Notes under the pieces: model-generated
The model's database searches: none
Told to the model about the DNA's origin: nothing
What the model saw: only the letters and a program-made list of their open reading frames with translations
Shown here: positions 26,816-39,750 of the stretch, in pieces
Layout of the letters: each line of letters starts with the position of its first letter
How positions within the stretch are numbered: position 1 is the stretch's first letter
Assembly: GCA_965112735.1 (NCBI GenBank)
Contig: OZ218959.1
Span: 2,790,001 to 2,854,000, forward strand
DNA: 64,000 bases
Source: Phaeosaccion multiseriatum
Taxonomy: Eukaryota; Protista; Ochrophyta, other classes
Direction: 5' to 3'
Program-made: the position numbers and the translations under genes

Positions 26816-28226
26816 TCAAATGTTAATGTGTGTTTGCTGCTTTTCCCGCAAGCTGTCGAGAAGGGTGTCTGCGTTTGCGAACCTGTCATGCGGTGATGAT
26901 CATGCGGATGGGGAGGAGGAGGAGGAGGAGGAGGAGGAGGAGGAGGAGGAGCAGGAGGAGCAGAAGAAGCAGGAGGAGCAGGAACGGCAGCAGCAGCAGC
27001 AGGAGGAGGCAGGAGGAGGAGCAGAGGGGTGAATTCGTGTAAAAAAAGCCCCCTAAACCAGCTTCCAACAGGCTTCAGGTACACTGACCACCTCGTGCAA
27101 GCACCCAAGTCCTTCCCCTCTTCTCACTCTTCTCACTCTTCTCATGCAACTCAGTTCACTCACTCTCCGCTTACTCCTCGCCCTACTCTCCCCTCTCACT
27201 CCACTCACTCCCCTTGCTCTTCTCTCAGTCTCCCCTCCCTACTCATCTTCTCAACCTCCCCACCCTACTCAATCTCTTCGCTCTCCTCACTCACCAAGGG
27301 GAGCCTTGCCAGTGGTGGATCCTGCCCAAGATGTTCATTTTGCTGATGGGGCCGATGACCTGAAATTGAGAAATGTGTGGGCGAAGAGGGGAAGAAGAAG
27401 GGAGGGGGAGGTGGCAGTGACTGCATGTGTGAGTACCAGACTGTGAGGCCCTTCCCCATCCTCCACTTTCGCATCCCCCAGTCACAGCCACAGCCAGATC
27501 ACACACAGCCGCCGTCGATGAGAGGGGATAAACCGCTGACAAGCGCCCGACATGACAATCCGCCGCCGTTATGTCCAAACCCCGTTCTCTCGGCCCTTCT
27601 TTCCCTCTCAATGAACTATCAGTATCAATCAATCCAAACCAACTATCCATCCATCCATCCATCCATCGGCACCCTGCCACGACCACACAATACGCAACAC
27701 CATACGTACGTGCATGTGGAGGTAGGCGACTGAGAGAAAGGGGGGCATATGAAAGCCCATCGTTGCCTGCAATGGTACACGCGAACAAGAGGGGCAAGAC
27801 AAGACAAGACAAGGCAATTAGTCCCACCAGTTTGGGTGTCAGTGTGTGTGTGTATGTAAACGCGGGAGGAGCCGAGGAGCGGGGCCTTGAGTTATAGTCG
27901 CTCGCTTCTGTGGGCCCTCTGCATGATGAGAGAAGGAGGGTAAGCCCCAGGGGGGAAGGGGCGAGGAGGTACGAGTCATGAGTCTTCACCTTTGTCAGCT
28001 GTTGGTTCTCTGTCAGCCCAGCCTCCGAGAGGAGAAGTTTCCTGCCCAACGCTACCATCCCTTCCAGCATGTCGACGTGCTGTATGGAGGGGGTGAGGAA
28101 GGCCGGGTTGCGCAGGGAGACCTTCTTGGGAAGGATGAGCAGGTGTACCTGAAATGTACCGAGCAGTAGTGGTAGTAGTGGTGGTAGTAGTAGTAGTAGT
28201 AGTAGTGGGAGTAGTATTAGTAGTAA

Positions 28227-28316
<90 letters not shown>

Positions 28317-29009
28317 GAGGAGGAGGAGGAGGAGGAGGAGGAAGAAGAGGAGGTGGAAGAGGAGTAGCAGCAGGAGAAGAAGCGGAAGGTGGAGAGGGGA
28401 TAATTAGAGCGGCGAGGATGAGACCGAGGCGATAGAGGAGGAAGGCGGGACACGACCTACGCCCAGCAGCAGACGCCGCTGTTCTATGTGACATGAAGAA
28501 TAGGTAAGGCTTAGTGGAGTGTGTCAAGATGCGCTTACCTTGGATGCAGGTCTATGATCTTTGATAACGAGGAACTGGTTTTGGTGATGTGGGGTGAGGA
28601 AGGGAGGAAATGGGGGGGAGGAGAGGGGAGAGAGGGAAAATTAGCGCGACAAGAAGCAGAGATAGGCTTCATCTTTCATCAATCAGTAATAGAGCATCCC
28701 CCTTCCCTCTCTCCCTCTCTCCCTCTTGACGGCACCTTGCACAAGTCCTGTGTCTTCCCTTCCCTCCCTCCTCTCCCTCACAGCGCGTCTCACGTACATC
28801 ATCATCCTCCCATACGACCTCTGCAGGCTCCTCCTTCAGAATGATCCTGGCGAAGACATTCTAAAGCCGAGCAGAGCAGTGGAAAGACAAAGAGAAGGAA
28901 GAGGGGAGGGATGAGGAGGAAGGAAAAACAAGGAGGGGGAACTATTCTATGAGCTCACATTTGGTGGCGCCTCTGCACCCCCCACGCAGGCTTCAAATAG
29001 CTCCGGCAT
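26816..29009 (-). CDS. Histidine-triad (HIT) protein, HINT3-like, 7 small exons
   Basis: Exons 29009-28959 (MPELFEACVGGAEAPPN), 28860-28798 (NVFARIILKEEPAEVVWEDDD), 28574-28539 (FLVIKDHRPASK), 28148-27990 (VHLLILPKK..), 27766-27710 (ATMGFHMPPFLSVAYLHMH), 27359-27295 (VIGPISKMN..GSP), 26882-26816 (WFANADTLLDSLREK..stop). All GT-AG and in phase. GFHxPPFxSVxxLHxH is the HINT3 signature. Confidence 0.88.
28165..28315 (+). repeat. (TAG)n/(CTA)n trinucleotide tract in HIT-gene intron
   Basis: Directly visible. Confidence 0.9.
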
Positions 29010-29217
29010 GGAAGCTCAGTAGAGCAAGAGAAGTAGCACCAGGAGTGGAGGAAAGCGGTGGAAAGAAAGAGAAAGAGGAGAAAGCGATCAGAAAGGGGGG
29101 GGGGGATAGATGGCAGCCGATGGAGGATAGCCCGCGATCTGATCATCTGCAGCAGTCCCTACTTATGAGAAGGAAGGCTTGAGCATGAGAAGGCGAAATA
29201 GAAGGCCCTCGAGAGAA

Positions 29218-30053
29218 ATGGAACTCCCCCCTCTTCGTTTCGGAGGGAGGGGGGGTGAGTACTTGTATGTTACCAAGGGTACGTAAGGAGTGGCGGAACT
29301 TCTTCGTGCTTGCTCACGCCCCCAAAACAAGATTCGGGGCCACAGTTGCCTCTCGGTGGACCGCGTGTACGGGGCAAGGAGGAAAGGCATATTTGAACCT
29401 TTCAATCTTGAGCAAAGGTGCTGCTTTATACGGAGATGGGAGCAGCGAGCAGCAAGAGGAACGGCTTGAGTGTGCTGAAGTTGTTGAACTCAGAGGGTAT
29501 CCCGGACGAGGGAAAGGAATGCAACCGTGTGGCCTTCATAGGAAACGTTCCGCGGCTGGAGTTCCTGCCCTCCAATGAGGTCAACGTGCCGTATGACTTT
29601 TACATGTGGCACTTTGCGATACAGGCCACCCCCAGCATTAGAGTTGGTGCTGAACGACCCCAAGGTCAGGGCGGAGCTGGAGTCTGCAGAGCCACATAGT
29701 GGCCCGGGTTGGAGGCTGAAATCTCGGGCGACTACTGCCGCTCAGGAGGGTCAATGTGACACTCTACCGTGGCTACATGCCAATGCGCGTGAGCTTGTGT
29801 CTGGGATGAAGTGGTTTGCTACGTCGTCGTGAAAGGCAGCAAGAGCCTGGCCATGCTGCAGTGGCTCCAATCGGAAGAGGTGGGCTGCACGTGGGACGCG
29901 GACGGGTGCCCAGAGACCATCAGGAGAGATTGGGAAGTGGAGGAGAATGAAGGCAGAGAATGGGACATTAAGCCCGACGTGTTTTGAGGAGATCAAGCAG
30001 TGGGTCCATGCCAACGGGCACCCCTACGATTGCGAGTCCGACTGCGAGGACTG
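29218..30053 (+). pseudogene. Decayed ankyrin-repeat-like gene (algal/giant-virus type repeat)
   Basis: Fragments in shifting frames: GEYLYV/RVRKEWRNFF..KTRF, RNGLSVLKLLNSEGIP..CNRVAFIGNVPRLEFL, CDTLPWLHANA, LAMLQWLQSEEVGCTWDA, FEEIKQWVHANGHPYD. Stops and frameshifts lie between them; no introns or microsatellites. Confidence 0.55.
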
Positions 30054-30737
30054 AGGCTGCAGGGCTGTGTTTGTTGGCATGGACCTATGGTTTCGTGCCC
30101 CAAAACACATCGTCATCGATGTCCCATTCTTGACCTTCATTATGCACTTCCTCCCAATGACTGCGGCTCGTTGGGCGGGCTCCGCTATGGTCCATCTACA
30201 CTCCTAATACGAAGTACTACTACGCATGTGGTAGACCGGAGCTGAAAGCAGAGGGACAGCTTTCGCATGCATGAGCAAGCAGGTCGAAGAGGGACTTTTA
30301 AATTTTAAGTATCACTCTCCTTCGTTCCAAGCATTACGTATATTTTTTGTGTACACTTTATGTTCACCTATCGAAAACCGCACCGCCTCCAAAGCGTTGC
30401 CTGTGTTCTCATTCTGCGTTGCACTGGCCGGACTAACCAGTGTCCCTTCCAGCAGCACCCCCCCCCTTCTCTCCTCTTGTCTCCTTTGCTCTCCTCGCCT
30501 CTCTCCCCCTTCTCTCACGCTGTAATGTTTGTCCGACGCAAGAAACAAAAAAAAAGCTCCCTGACCTGACCTGCGTACATGCATGCGCCAGAGAAACTCC
30601 CCTCCCCTCCCTTCCCTTCCCTTCCACTTTCAAGGCCTCGACTTGCCCCCCCCCCAACCCCCAAACGTCTCAAGCCCAAATGCTCATCCTGCCCTCGTAT
30701 GATTGATTGTGCCTGGTCTTATCTGCCCCAATCCTCT

Positions 30738-33700
30738 TTAACCAAGCACGGACGCAGAGGCAGCAGCAGCCATACTCAGCACGTAGATCTTATCCTTATC
30801 GTAGGAAGGTACAAAGATCTTCGCCCAGCCATCATCATCATCATCGTACTCTTCCCCGCACCCACCGAACCCCACCTCCTCGGACGACAATCGCCCCCCA
30901 CTAGTCCCACCCCCACTCCCTCTGCTTCCTCCTCCATGTCCCTGTCGAGGCGCCCGCTTCTTGCCTTGCCCGAACAGCGGGCGGTGAGTGATGGCCAGAC
31001 TGCCAATGGTACCGTCGCACTCAATGGTGGCCGCGAGGTCGTACTGCAAGTCCCGTGTGCCTTCCTCGGGCCTGTGTGTGTGAGAGAGAGAGAGAGAGTG
31101 GGACACAGAGAAAGGGGATGAGGGGAGGAGGGCAACCCAGGCGGCACAGGGGGAGGGAGGAGAGAGGCGGAAGGTCACTCAGCCATTCACTCACTCACTG
31201 GCTCACTTATCTCAACCAGGCACACACTCAGCTGACCTAACCAAACACTTTCGACTGACCAATGAACCGACCCGTAGGGCCCGACTGTGCGATGCATAGG
31301 TGCCTCACACACGCCCACAATCATAAAAACACCCCAACTATTACTATGCCCCACTACTTAGCTGCTACACCACCACCACCACCAACAACAACAACCAACA
31401 ACAACAACAGCAACAGCAAAAAAAAACAAAAAAAACTCCAACAGCAACAACAACAGCAACAGCGACCCCCCAACAACAACTCTCTCTCCCCTGTGGGCCC
31501 TGTGGTGGATGACATCACACACTCGCACTAACACTATAACACACACACACTCACTCACACTCACGCACTCACTCACACACTCACACACTCACTCACTCAC
31601 TCACTCACTCACTCACTCATTCACTCACCGGAACAAGTAAGCGGTCTGGGAGCAGTCCCCCGCTAAGGCAATATAGGGCTTGCGCACGCCCTCCATGCAG
31701 CGGTGAGGGTGAAACACGTAAGGAAAGCCGGGGGCGCCGGGATTGATGCCCAGCCCCTTGACCTTAAAGCCGCTGGCGATGACCTTCTTGGGCCAGCCTG
31801 GGCTCGGATAGATGCGCTGATACACGCGCCAGTCCTGAGGTATCTCGTATGCATAAAGAGCTCCCCCTTCGCCTCTCTCCCCGCCTCCCGTTACAATCTC
31901 GTCCATGGCGCTCTCCTTCCGCACGGCTGTACTGCTGCTACTGTCGCTGTCCTCGCCGTTGTCTGTCCTATCGTTTCTCGCTTGCTGTCTGATGGCGGCG
32001 TAGTCATAGGTGCATTCGTGGCTGGTGACGAGGAGGTGCGAGGGCCGTTGGCTTCCATCGGCACGCAGGTTCGCGGCCACAACGCTGTATGCGCTTCCCA
32101 CGCGATCGTCCAGCACGTACGATTGCACCACCTTGTTGGTATTATTGGGGAGGGGGGGATATGCCCATGCATAAAGAGAACGAGAGACGCACATACACAA
32201 GAGAGACGGAGGCAGAGAAAAGGGCAAGGAAAGAAGGACACACAACACAAAGAGGAAAGGGAGGCGTGTCAGCTGGCTCGCTTGGCTTGGTGTGCCCACA
32301 ACGAGTGCGAGGGTGTGAGGATGCAAGGGGTACCTTCCGCCTTGAACACAGCGCAAGCCAAAGGAACAGCAGACAATGTCCGTAAGCACACCCACACGAG
32401 CACATGGTGTCCGCTTTCGCTCCCAGCAGTGGCTCTCCCTCCCTCCCTCCCTCGCTCGCTCCATGAAAGCCAAGCAAAGCAAGCACAAGCCAAAGCACGC
32501 ATAGCCAAGCAAGCGGAAGACTACTCACGTGAGGCCGCTTCCCGAGCGATCCGTCCCCCCACGATACAGAGTGCATGGTGAGTCGCTTGCCAAAGAACTC
32601 CGCACAGAACACCTCCACCGTCGAATCATTCACGTCCAAGTCCACCACTTCAAACATCACATCCGGCCCCTGCACGAGCACAGTCTCTCTCCAGGGTAGG
32701 GCGTAGGGGGCCAGAGGGTCAGCCACCGAGGGTGCCTCCAACAACACGAGCTCTCCCTGACCCTGGGCGAAGATCGGCTTGCTTGCCCGGGCCGTCAAGA
32801 CACCCCTGCGACCTCCGCCCATGTCCACCCACTGCGCCTTGTGGTAGAACCAGTTGTTTCGCCGGCTCTTGTTCTCGCCCGTGATTTTCACCACTCGATC
32901 AAAGTCGCACACCCTACCGATACGATCATCGCCACCACCACTACCACTGCTCCTGCTGGGGCTCCTGCTGGGGCTCCTGCTGCTGCCACTACCTTCTCTG
33001 AAACGTGCCCGTTCCTCGGCATCCTTCTGTAGGCCCCCATCGTCACCACCGTCGCCACCCGACTCGGAAACCACGATATAAACCCCCCCCTCGCTCTTGC
33101 CAGGCATGAGGAAGCCGTCTGCGATGAGCAATCCGTCCAAGCGGGCCGGACCTGCCACCTCTGCCTCCCCCTCCTCCACCTCTTCCTCCTCCTCCACCAC
33201 CACTGGAGTCCAGCTCTCTCCCCAAGACGCATCGTCATCAGCAGCAGAGGCAGCAGCAGTTGGTGATTCAGCAGCCGGAGGACCACCCTCGGCTGTTTTG
33301 CCTGGCCCCCTGAGTCGCCCCTGGGGTACCTCTCCGACCTCGTTTGGCCACTGCATGACTCCCTGTGCGTGCGAGGTGGTGTGAGAGTGGAGGAGAGAGA
33401 TGGTAGGAGCGAAGTGAGAAGGAGGAAGGAGGAGGAGGAGGAGGAGGAGGAGGAGGAGGAGGAGGAGAAAGGGTTCCTCGCGAGGGAGGAAACACACAGA
33501 CACATACCTCAAGAAGGCCTGTCAGCCTTGGCCGGTACTTGAATGCCCCCTCTCCGCCCCCCTGTGCCGGGTCCAGATCGATGCTGCACACCGCCCCTCC
33601 CTGCGCCAAACCGAACTGAGTCACGAGAAGAGAGGTTATCCCGCCGTGCTCCGTCACCTTTCGTTCAGTAAGTGAGGGAGGGAGTAGGGGAGTCGATGAG

Positions 33701-34736
33701 TACTTGAGTGGGTGAGTGAGTGAGTGGATGTGTGGGTGTGTTAGTGGGTGAGTGAGTAGGTGAGTGACTGAGTGATGCTCCTGCCGGGGTTGTGGATCAA
33801 AGTCTACCAATACGGGCATTGGGTAGACATGTACGTGACCACCACCACCACCACCACCACCACCTTGGTGGCCCCTCGCTTCGCCTTACCTTTAAATATG
33901 AAGGTCGTGAAATATCCATCTCCCCCATGAGCTTGATGGAGTCTGCATACCTCTGCGGTGTGACTTGCCCTCCTCCTCCCTGAATCGACAGCCCTCCCTC
34001 TCCACTGCTGCTGCTGCTGCCGGGGATAGAAACGCCTTCTCCCCCCTCCGCTGCATCTGCAGACCGCCCCTCCTCCCCTGCCCGCTTCAGCAGCACGTCC
34101 ACCGGACAATCGTCCGGAGCAGGGACAGCACCCGCACCAGCACCAGCACCAGCAGACGGACCATACGGAACCCCTCCTCCGATGCTCCCCAAAGAACGGC
34201 TGGAGAAGCCCCGCGGGGTGGGAGTAGCAGCCTCTGCGCCGTTGACGTACAAGAGTGACCTGCCCTGCGCTCTAGGCATGAGCTGGAGGGAGCAGGGAAG
34301 GGGCGTGCTAGGGCCCAGGTGGGCAAGGTGGAAGGGGAGGGAAAGCCTCTTCTCCTCTGCCTCGTCAAATCTCCTCCGACTGGTGGTACTACTGCTACCT
34401 CCACCTCCACCGACCCAGCTCACGGTTGGCTTAGTTTCGATAAAGTCGCCTACGCTTCCTCCCTTCTTGTCAGCCGTGGCGGCTGTGGAAGCTGTGGCTC
34501 CTGCCGACGCTGCATTCTCTGCCGCGGCGCGTTTGGCTGCGGTCTCGGCCCCTACCTTTGTGGGCAGCCAGCGACCCGCCCGACCCGCAGCCTGCGCAAA
34601 CTCGGTCGTCAAGTCCGTCACGCCCCTCACGGCCCCGTTGACAAAGCCATTGACAACGCCGTACCCGTTGGCCCGCCCAGCTCCAGCCTTCATAGCGTCG
34701 CCCCGGCTGCTTGTTCCACTACCATCGCTACTACTA

Positions 34737-34792
<56 letters not shown>

Positions 34793-35320
34793 ACTGCTAC
34801 TACTACTTCTCCCACTACTGCTCCTGTTGCTACTTCTGCTGCTTCTTCCTTCCTCTCCCAGCTCTTCCACAGAGCGCAGAGAGGCCAAAGGCGCCGGTGC
34901 CTTGACGGGGAATTCCGATCCCGCAGCAGGTTCGTCCTCCACTGCAGAACGTGCACCAAAACGGTCCTCCAATCCACTGCGGCTGACATAAACTGCTGAG
35001 CCGTCTCGTCTTCGCCTCACAGCACATCGTCTAAAGTGCTGCTGTGAAGGCTGGCCCTGCTGATTTTGGACGTTTCGGTTTGGCGGGTCCGACCACAAAG
35101 ACGCTTTCGCTGCTCGACGTGTGTGTGTGGCTGTGGGAATGAGGGCCGCAGACGGCTGCACGGCACAAAGGGCCAGCAGCAGACTGCGGCTCGCGCTACA
35201 CACCGTCAAGGTCTTTGAGGTCCCACTGCGGCACGCGTTGCTGCTGCTCCTGGTGCTACCACCGCCGCCGCTGCTGTGGTGGCTACAAGCGACGCCCCGC
35301 CTTCGCCTCTGCCCAGGCAT
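30738..35320 (-). CDS. Uncharacterised FG-GAP/VCBS-like beta-propeller protein with long low-complexity N-terminus, possible targeting presequence
   Basis: Exons approx 35320-33889, 33658-33507, 33363-32527, 32130-31629, 31071-30738. Ordered motifs WPNE, DGFLMPGKSEGGVY, WFYHKAQWVDM, LTARA, GELVLLE, GPDVMF, AEFF, LLVTSH, GAPG, LAGD, IFVPSYDKDKIYV. Hydrophobic LLLALCAVQPSAA near the N-terminus. Start codon uncertain. Confidence 0.68.
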
Positions 35321-35575
35321 CAGCGCTTTGGGGGAGGATGTAAGAGTCAGCACTGCATCGTGGTGGAAAAGAGAGGGAAGTCCAATTATGGAGGGCTGTG
35401 TCAGAAGAGACCACCCCAGACAGCGCCCCGAGTATGCCGTATCGATAAACCTAGAGGCAGAGAGTAAGTTTTCCCTTGCCGAATCTCCACAAGGGAGATC
35501 AACCCAAGGAAAGGTGGAAAGAGAACTCTTTACAAGCCCCCCTACAGAGAGAGAGTACGTATAGCGCCCGGGGGG

Positions 35576-35945
35576 GGAAGTGAGTTTCAGCTCGTTGGGC
35601 ACCTACCTAATAGTAACGCAAAGATAAAGATCGAGGAGGTACATGTATCTTCGGGAGCCAAGGCTCCTCCCCGCGACCGATACGCTCACCTGCGAGCCAC
35701 GATGGTAGGCCAGAATAAGGAGGAACGGATCACTTTTACATGCATCAATTGCTTAATTTTTCCCTCCGTATCTGCTGCCTGTCTTCGACCTTCCCGTCCT
35801 GGCCTCGGCCGCAGGGAGTGGAGTTATTCGACAAGGTGCAGGCCGCCAAGCTACTCGTTGTAGGCGCAGGAGGGATCGGTGAGTGCGTGAGTGCGCGTGG
35901 ATGTAGACCGCCCGACTGATCCAAGGAGGGGGGAAGTGGGCAGAC
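35576..35945 (+). pseudogene. Duplicated 5' fragment of UBA2 (upstream sequence, part of exon 1, intron 1, exon 2, start of intron 2)
   Basis: 35583-35615 matches 40023-40055 and 35651-35945 matches ~40133-40427 at high identity, introns included. The segment after the ATG is deleted/frameshifted. Confidence 0.92.
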
Positions 35946-36011
35946 GGACATCTCGGACAAGTTTGCGCAGTGCACAAGTATGTTGTCCAGGCCAGAAATA
36001 GCGGTAGCTGA

Positions 36012-37301
36012 CGCCTTTGTGGGCGCCTCTCTGCCTGCTCCCCGCCCCCTAATCCGCACAGAGTGATCGCACTGCACGGTCATGGGTGAGATTGGAATGA
36101 CGTTGCGAAGAGGAGGCTGCTGAGCAATCTCCTCAGGACTGAAGAACTGCTCGCCCCGGTAGCCCGAGAAGTGCACAAACACAGCCAAGGGAAGCGGAGG
36201 AGGACGTGTTCCCTCAGCCCAGTGCATATGGACGAGCGTGCCTCTCGATCCATTGCTCAGCCCCGCCGTGGTCCAAATGTTGTTGTTGAGCATGACCTCT
36301 GTGCCAACACCCAAGTACAGGCGGGCTCGCAATTGGCGGAAGTGCTTCTCGTCCACGTTGCGGTCTCCTGGGGTGGAGTGCTCAGCATCGATGCGCGCAA
36401 CATCGCTCTCAAGCCCATTGAGCTGCTCAGTGTTGCGCCTGTCGGCCTGGGCATTGGTCGGGTAGAGATGAGGAGCAGAGGCGAAGCGTTCCTGCTCCTC
36501 CCGAGAGAGGTTGGTGCGGAAACGCGTGCTGAGAAGCTCATAGTCCTCGTGCGTCACAGCGCCTCGTGCGATCCTGCCAAGTGTGGCGCGAAAAGCCGCC
36601 TGCGCCTCCCCGTCCTGCCTCATCACCTCAGTCAGCTGGACGACAACGCTGATGCTCTCCCACGCCGCCCTGCCTGCGATGCTGTGTGCTGACTGTGCGC
36701 CACTAGACTGATTCTGCCCGCCGCCCCACAAGGGCTGCCCCCCTACCGGTGGCAGTTGCAAGGGGTCGCCTGCCATGATGATGCTGAGCCCGCCGAAGGG
36801 GAGATGCCTGGTGCGAGGTCGTGCCTGTCTACATCGCGCGTCGATCTGCCCCAACAGTTCCCGGCTCATCATGGACAGCTCGTCGATGATGATGTAGTCC
36901 ATGTCCTGCAGGGAGTCTTGGAGGCGTCGTAGCTGCTCGCCGCTCAGGTGCTGAAGCTCATTCCGAGTCCCGAGGTTGAAGCCGGAGTGGATGGTGGTCC
37001 CGCCAATGAGCTGAGCCGCATTGCCAGTGGGAGCCATCAAGCGTACCCGGCGCTCCCCCAAGGTATGCACTATGGCATTGATGACACGCGTTTTGCCCGT
37101 CACAGCGGTCCCTGTGAGCACCATCAGAAGGGCCTCTGGCGGCGGCGAGGACGTAGAAGCTGCTCTCGACGCGTCCAGAGCGGCGGCGTGATTGATGACG
37201 GTGTCGTACGCAAGTGCCTGCGCCTCGTTGAGCCCCGTCCTCTCCACGCTCGGTCTGTCCATGCTTGAGGCCCCTCCTGTCCTGCTTCTCATGGAGGCCA
37301 C
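36012..37301 (-). mobile_element. Truncated PIF1-family (SF1B) helicase fragment, Helitron/Helentron-like; left arm
   Basis: ORF 35745..37301 has motif I LTGTAVTGKT, Ia MAPTGNAAQLIGGTTIHS, II IIIDELSM, III PFGGLSIIMAGDPLQLPPV, IV LTEVMRQ, LYPTN, VMLNNN..GLSNGSRG. Intronless; C-terminal motifs V/VI absent; no HUH Rep domain seen. Confidence 0.82.
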
Positions 37302-38500
37302 CCAACCCCGACTGCCGCCTGGATGAGTTGCTCAACATGATCGATTCGATCGCGATGAGCGACTCATCCAGGCCGGCAATCGGGGTTGGGTGGCCTCCAT
37401 GAGAAGCAGGACAGGAGGGGCCTCAAGCATGGCCAGGCCGAGCGTGGAGAGGACGGGGCTCAACGAGGCGCAGGCACTTGCGTACGACACCGTCATCAAT
37501 CACGCCGCCGCTCTGGACGCGTCGAGAGCAGCTTCTGCGTCCTCGCCGCCGCCAGAGGCCCTTCTGATGGTGCTCACAGGGACAGCTGTGACGGGCAAAA
37601 CGCGTGTCATCAATGCCATAGTGCATACCTTGGGGGAGCGCCGGGTACGCTTGATGGCTCCCACTGGCAATGCGGCTCAGCTCATTGGCGGGACCACCAT
37701 CCACTCCGGCTTCAACCTCGGGACTCGGAATGAACGTCAGGACCTGAGCGGCGAGCAGCTACGACGCCTCCAAGACTCCCTGCAGGACGGACTACATCAT
37801 CATCGACGAGCTGTCCATGATGAGCCGGGAACTGTTGGGGCAGATCGACGCGCGATGTAGACAGGCACGACCTCGCACCAGGCATCTCCCCTTCGACGGG
37901 CTCAGCATCATCATGGCAGGCGACCCCTTGCAACTGCCACCGGTAGGGGGGCAGCCCTTGTGGGGCGGCGGACAGAATCAGTCTAGTGGCGCACAGTCAG
38001 CACACAGCATCGCAGGCAGGGCGGCGTGGGAGAGCATCAGCGTTGTCGTCCAACTGACTGAGGTGATGAGGCAGGAGGGGGAGGCGCAGGCGGCTTTTCG
38101 CGCCACACTTGGCAGGATGGCACGAGGCGCTGTGACGCACGAGGACTATGAGCTTCTTAAAACGCGTTTCCGCACCAACCTCTCTCGGGAGGAGCAGGAA
38201 CGCTTCGCCTCTGCTCCTCATCTCTACCCGACCAATGCCCAGGCCGACAGGCGCAACACTGAGCAGCTCAACGGGCTTGACAGCGATGTTGCACGCATCG
38301 ATGCTGAGCACTCCACCCCAGGAGACCGCAACATGGACTTGAAGCACTTCCGCCAATTGCGAACCCGCCTGTACTTGGGTGTTGGCACAGAGGTCATGCT
38401 CAACAACAACATTTGGACCGCGGCGGGGCTGAGCAATGGATCGAGAGGCAGGGTCGTGCACATGCACTGGGCTGAGGGAACATGCCCTCCTCAGCTTCCC
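36190..38500. repeat. ~2.3-kb quasi-perfect palindrome (arms ~1.15 kb, centre 37345)
   Basis: Centre GATCGA-T-TCGATC at 37339-37351; arms are reverse complements with scattered mismatches. Confidence 0.95.
37390..38500 (+). mobile_element. Second, inverted PIF1 helicase fragment with a 2-bp frameshift deletion; right arm
   Basis: ORFs 37390..37860 and 37817..38632 reproduce the left-arm protein; CAGGAC-AT-GGACTAC has become CAGGACGGACTAC near 37788. Confidence 0.82.
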
Positions 38501-39750
38501 CTCTCTCTCCCCCCCCTAATAGCGGTAGCTGAGCAGAATTGGTACCAGCTCTTCCTTCACGCTACGAACGGCCGCCGTGGAAAGTTTGGGGAATGTGGCC
38601 TGCAGGTACAGGACCCAGGTGGGCAGGCCTAAGCCGGCAGAGGGAGCTGCCCGCCGGACGGCCCCAGTTTGGGATGGGACGATGCCCCTGCCGCAGCAGG
38701 GAGGGGCACCTGGTGCTCGAGGAGGAGGCGGTGCTCGTGCAGGAGTGGGAGGTGCTGGTGGTGGAAGTGGAGGTGGTGGTGGTGCGGCTGGTGCTGCGGC
38801 AGGGGCAGCTGGTGCTCGAGGAGCGAGAGGTGCTCGTGCTGGACGTGAAGGTACTGGTGCGGCTGGTGCTGAAGGTGCTGGAGGAGGTCAAGGCAGAGGT
38901 GGTGCTGGGCTTGGTGGACGTGTGGATGAAGGAGCTGGTGCTCGTCTGTGGGCTGACGTTGCTCCTGTGCCGTAGCGGGGGGGATGGGCTGATGTTGCTC
39001 GAGGACGGGGGGCCCAAACTTCGGTACAGCTACTTCAGCAGGGGCTTACCGCTCAGGCGAGGACCCCGGGGCGGCGCGATGCAGGCGACAGCCTCGTTCC
39101 TGTACGTTCCTTGCTTTGCTCAGAGCCGCGCTTGATGAGGGTCGTCGTAACCTTGGAGACACCCCGCTGTGGGAGGTGTCTGGATTTCAAGCTTGGGTTG
39201 AGCAATCGGGGGGGGGGAGGTGAACGTGAGGGGCTTCGGCACCCATGTCGAGGGGGGGGGGCGGCATGTATTTGCCCGATGGTACGCCCATCCTCACCCA
39301 CCAGACCGGCTACATCGAGGCAAACGTGCAAGAGTATCTCCTGAACAGCGCCAATGCCCGCGCCGCGCTGCAGTTGCGAACCTGGCTCGATGGTGTGGTG
39401 GGCGCCAACGACGTCGTTCTTTCAGAGGAGGAGCGCGGCGTGCCAGTGGCCGCACGCATTGCCGGCACCGTCAGTATGCCTCTTGACATCCAGCAGCGGA
39501 ATGCGAAGCAAGAGCATGTAGACGTGTGGTTAGTTCAGGAGCACGGACGGCGGCGGGGTGGTGCTGCCTCGCTGCCTCTAGACTCCAGCTGCCATCACGG
39601 CGGGGTGGGTCTGGCCCATGAGGCCCAGCAGGCCACCGTCTTTCGACGTCTTCATTTCCACATATAATTACTTACGTAAGTAAGTATGTACTTCGAAGTA
39701 TTACCCTCCAGTGATGAACCTATCACGCTCTTCTTGTAGCGATGTAGCTT

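Noticed and set aside
35745-38632. Functional cellular PIF1 gene or autonomous Helitron
   Set aside because: Walker A altered, motifs V/VI missing, one arm frameshifted, no HUH Rep domain or clear TC...CTRR ends identified.
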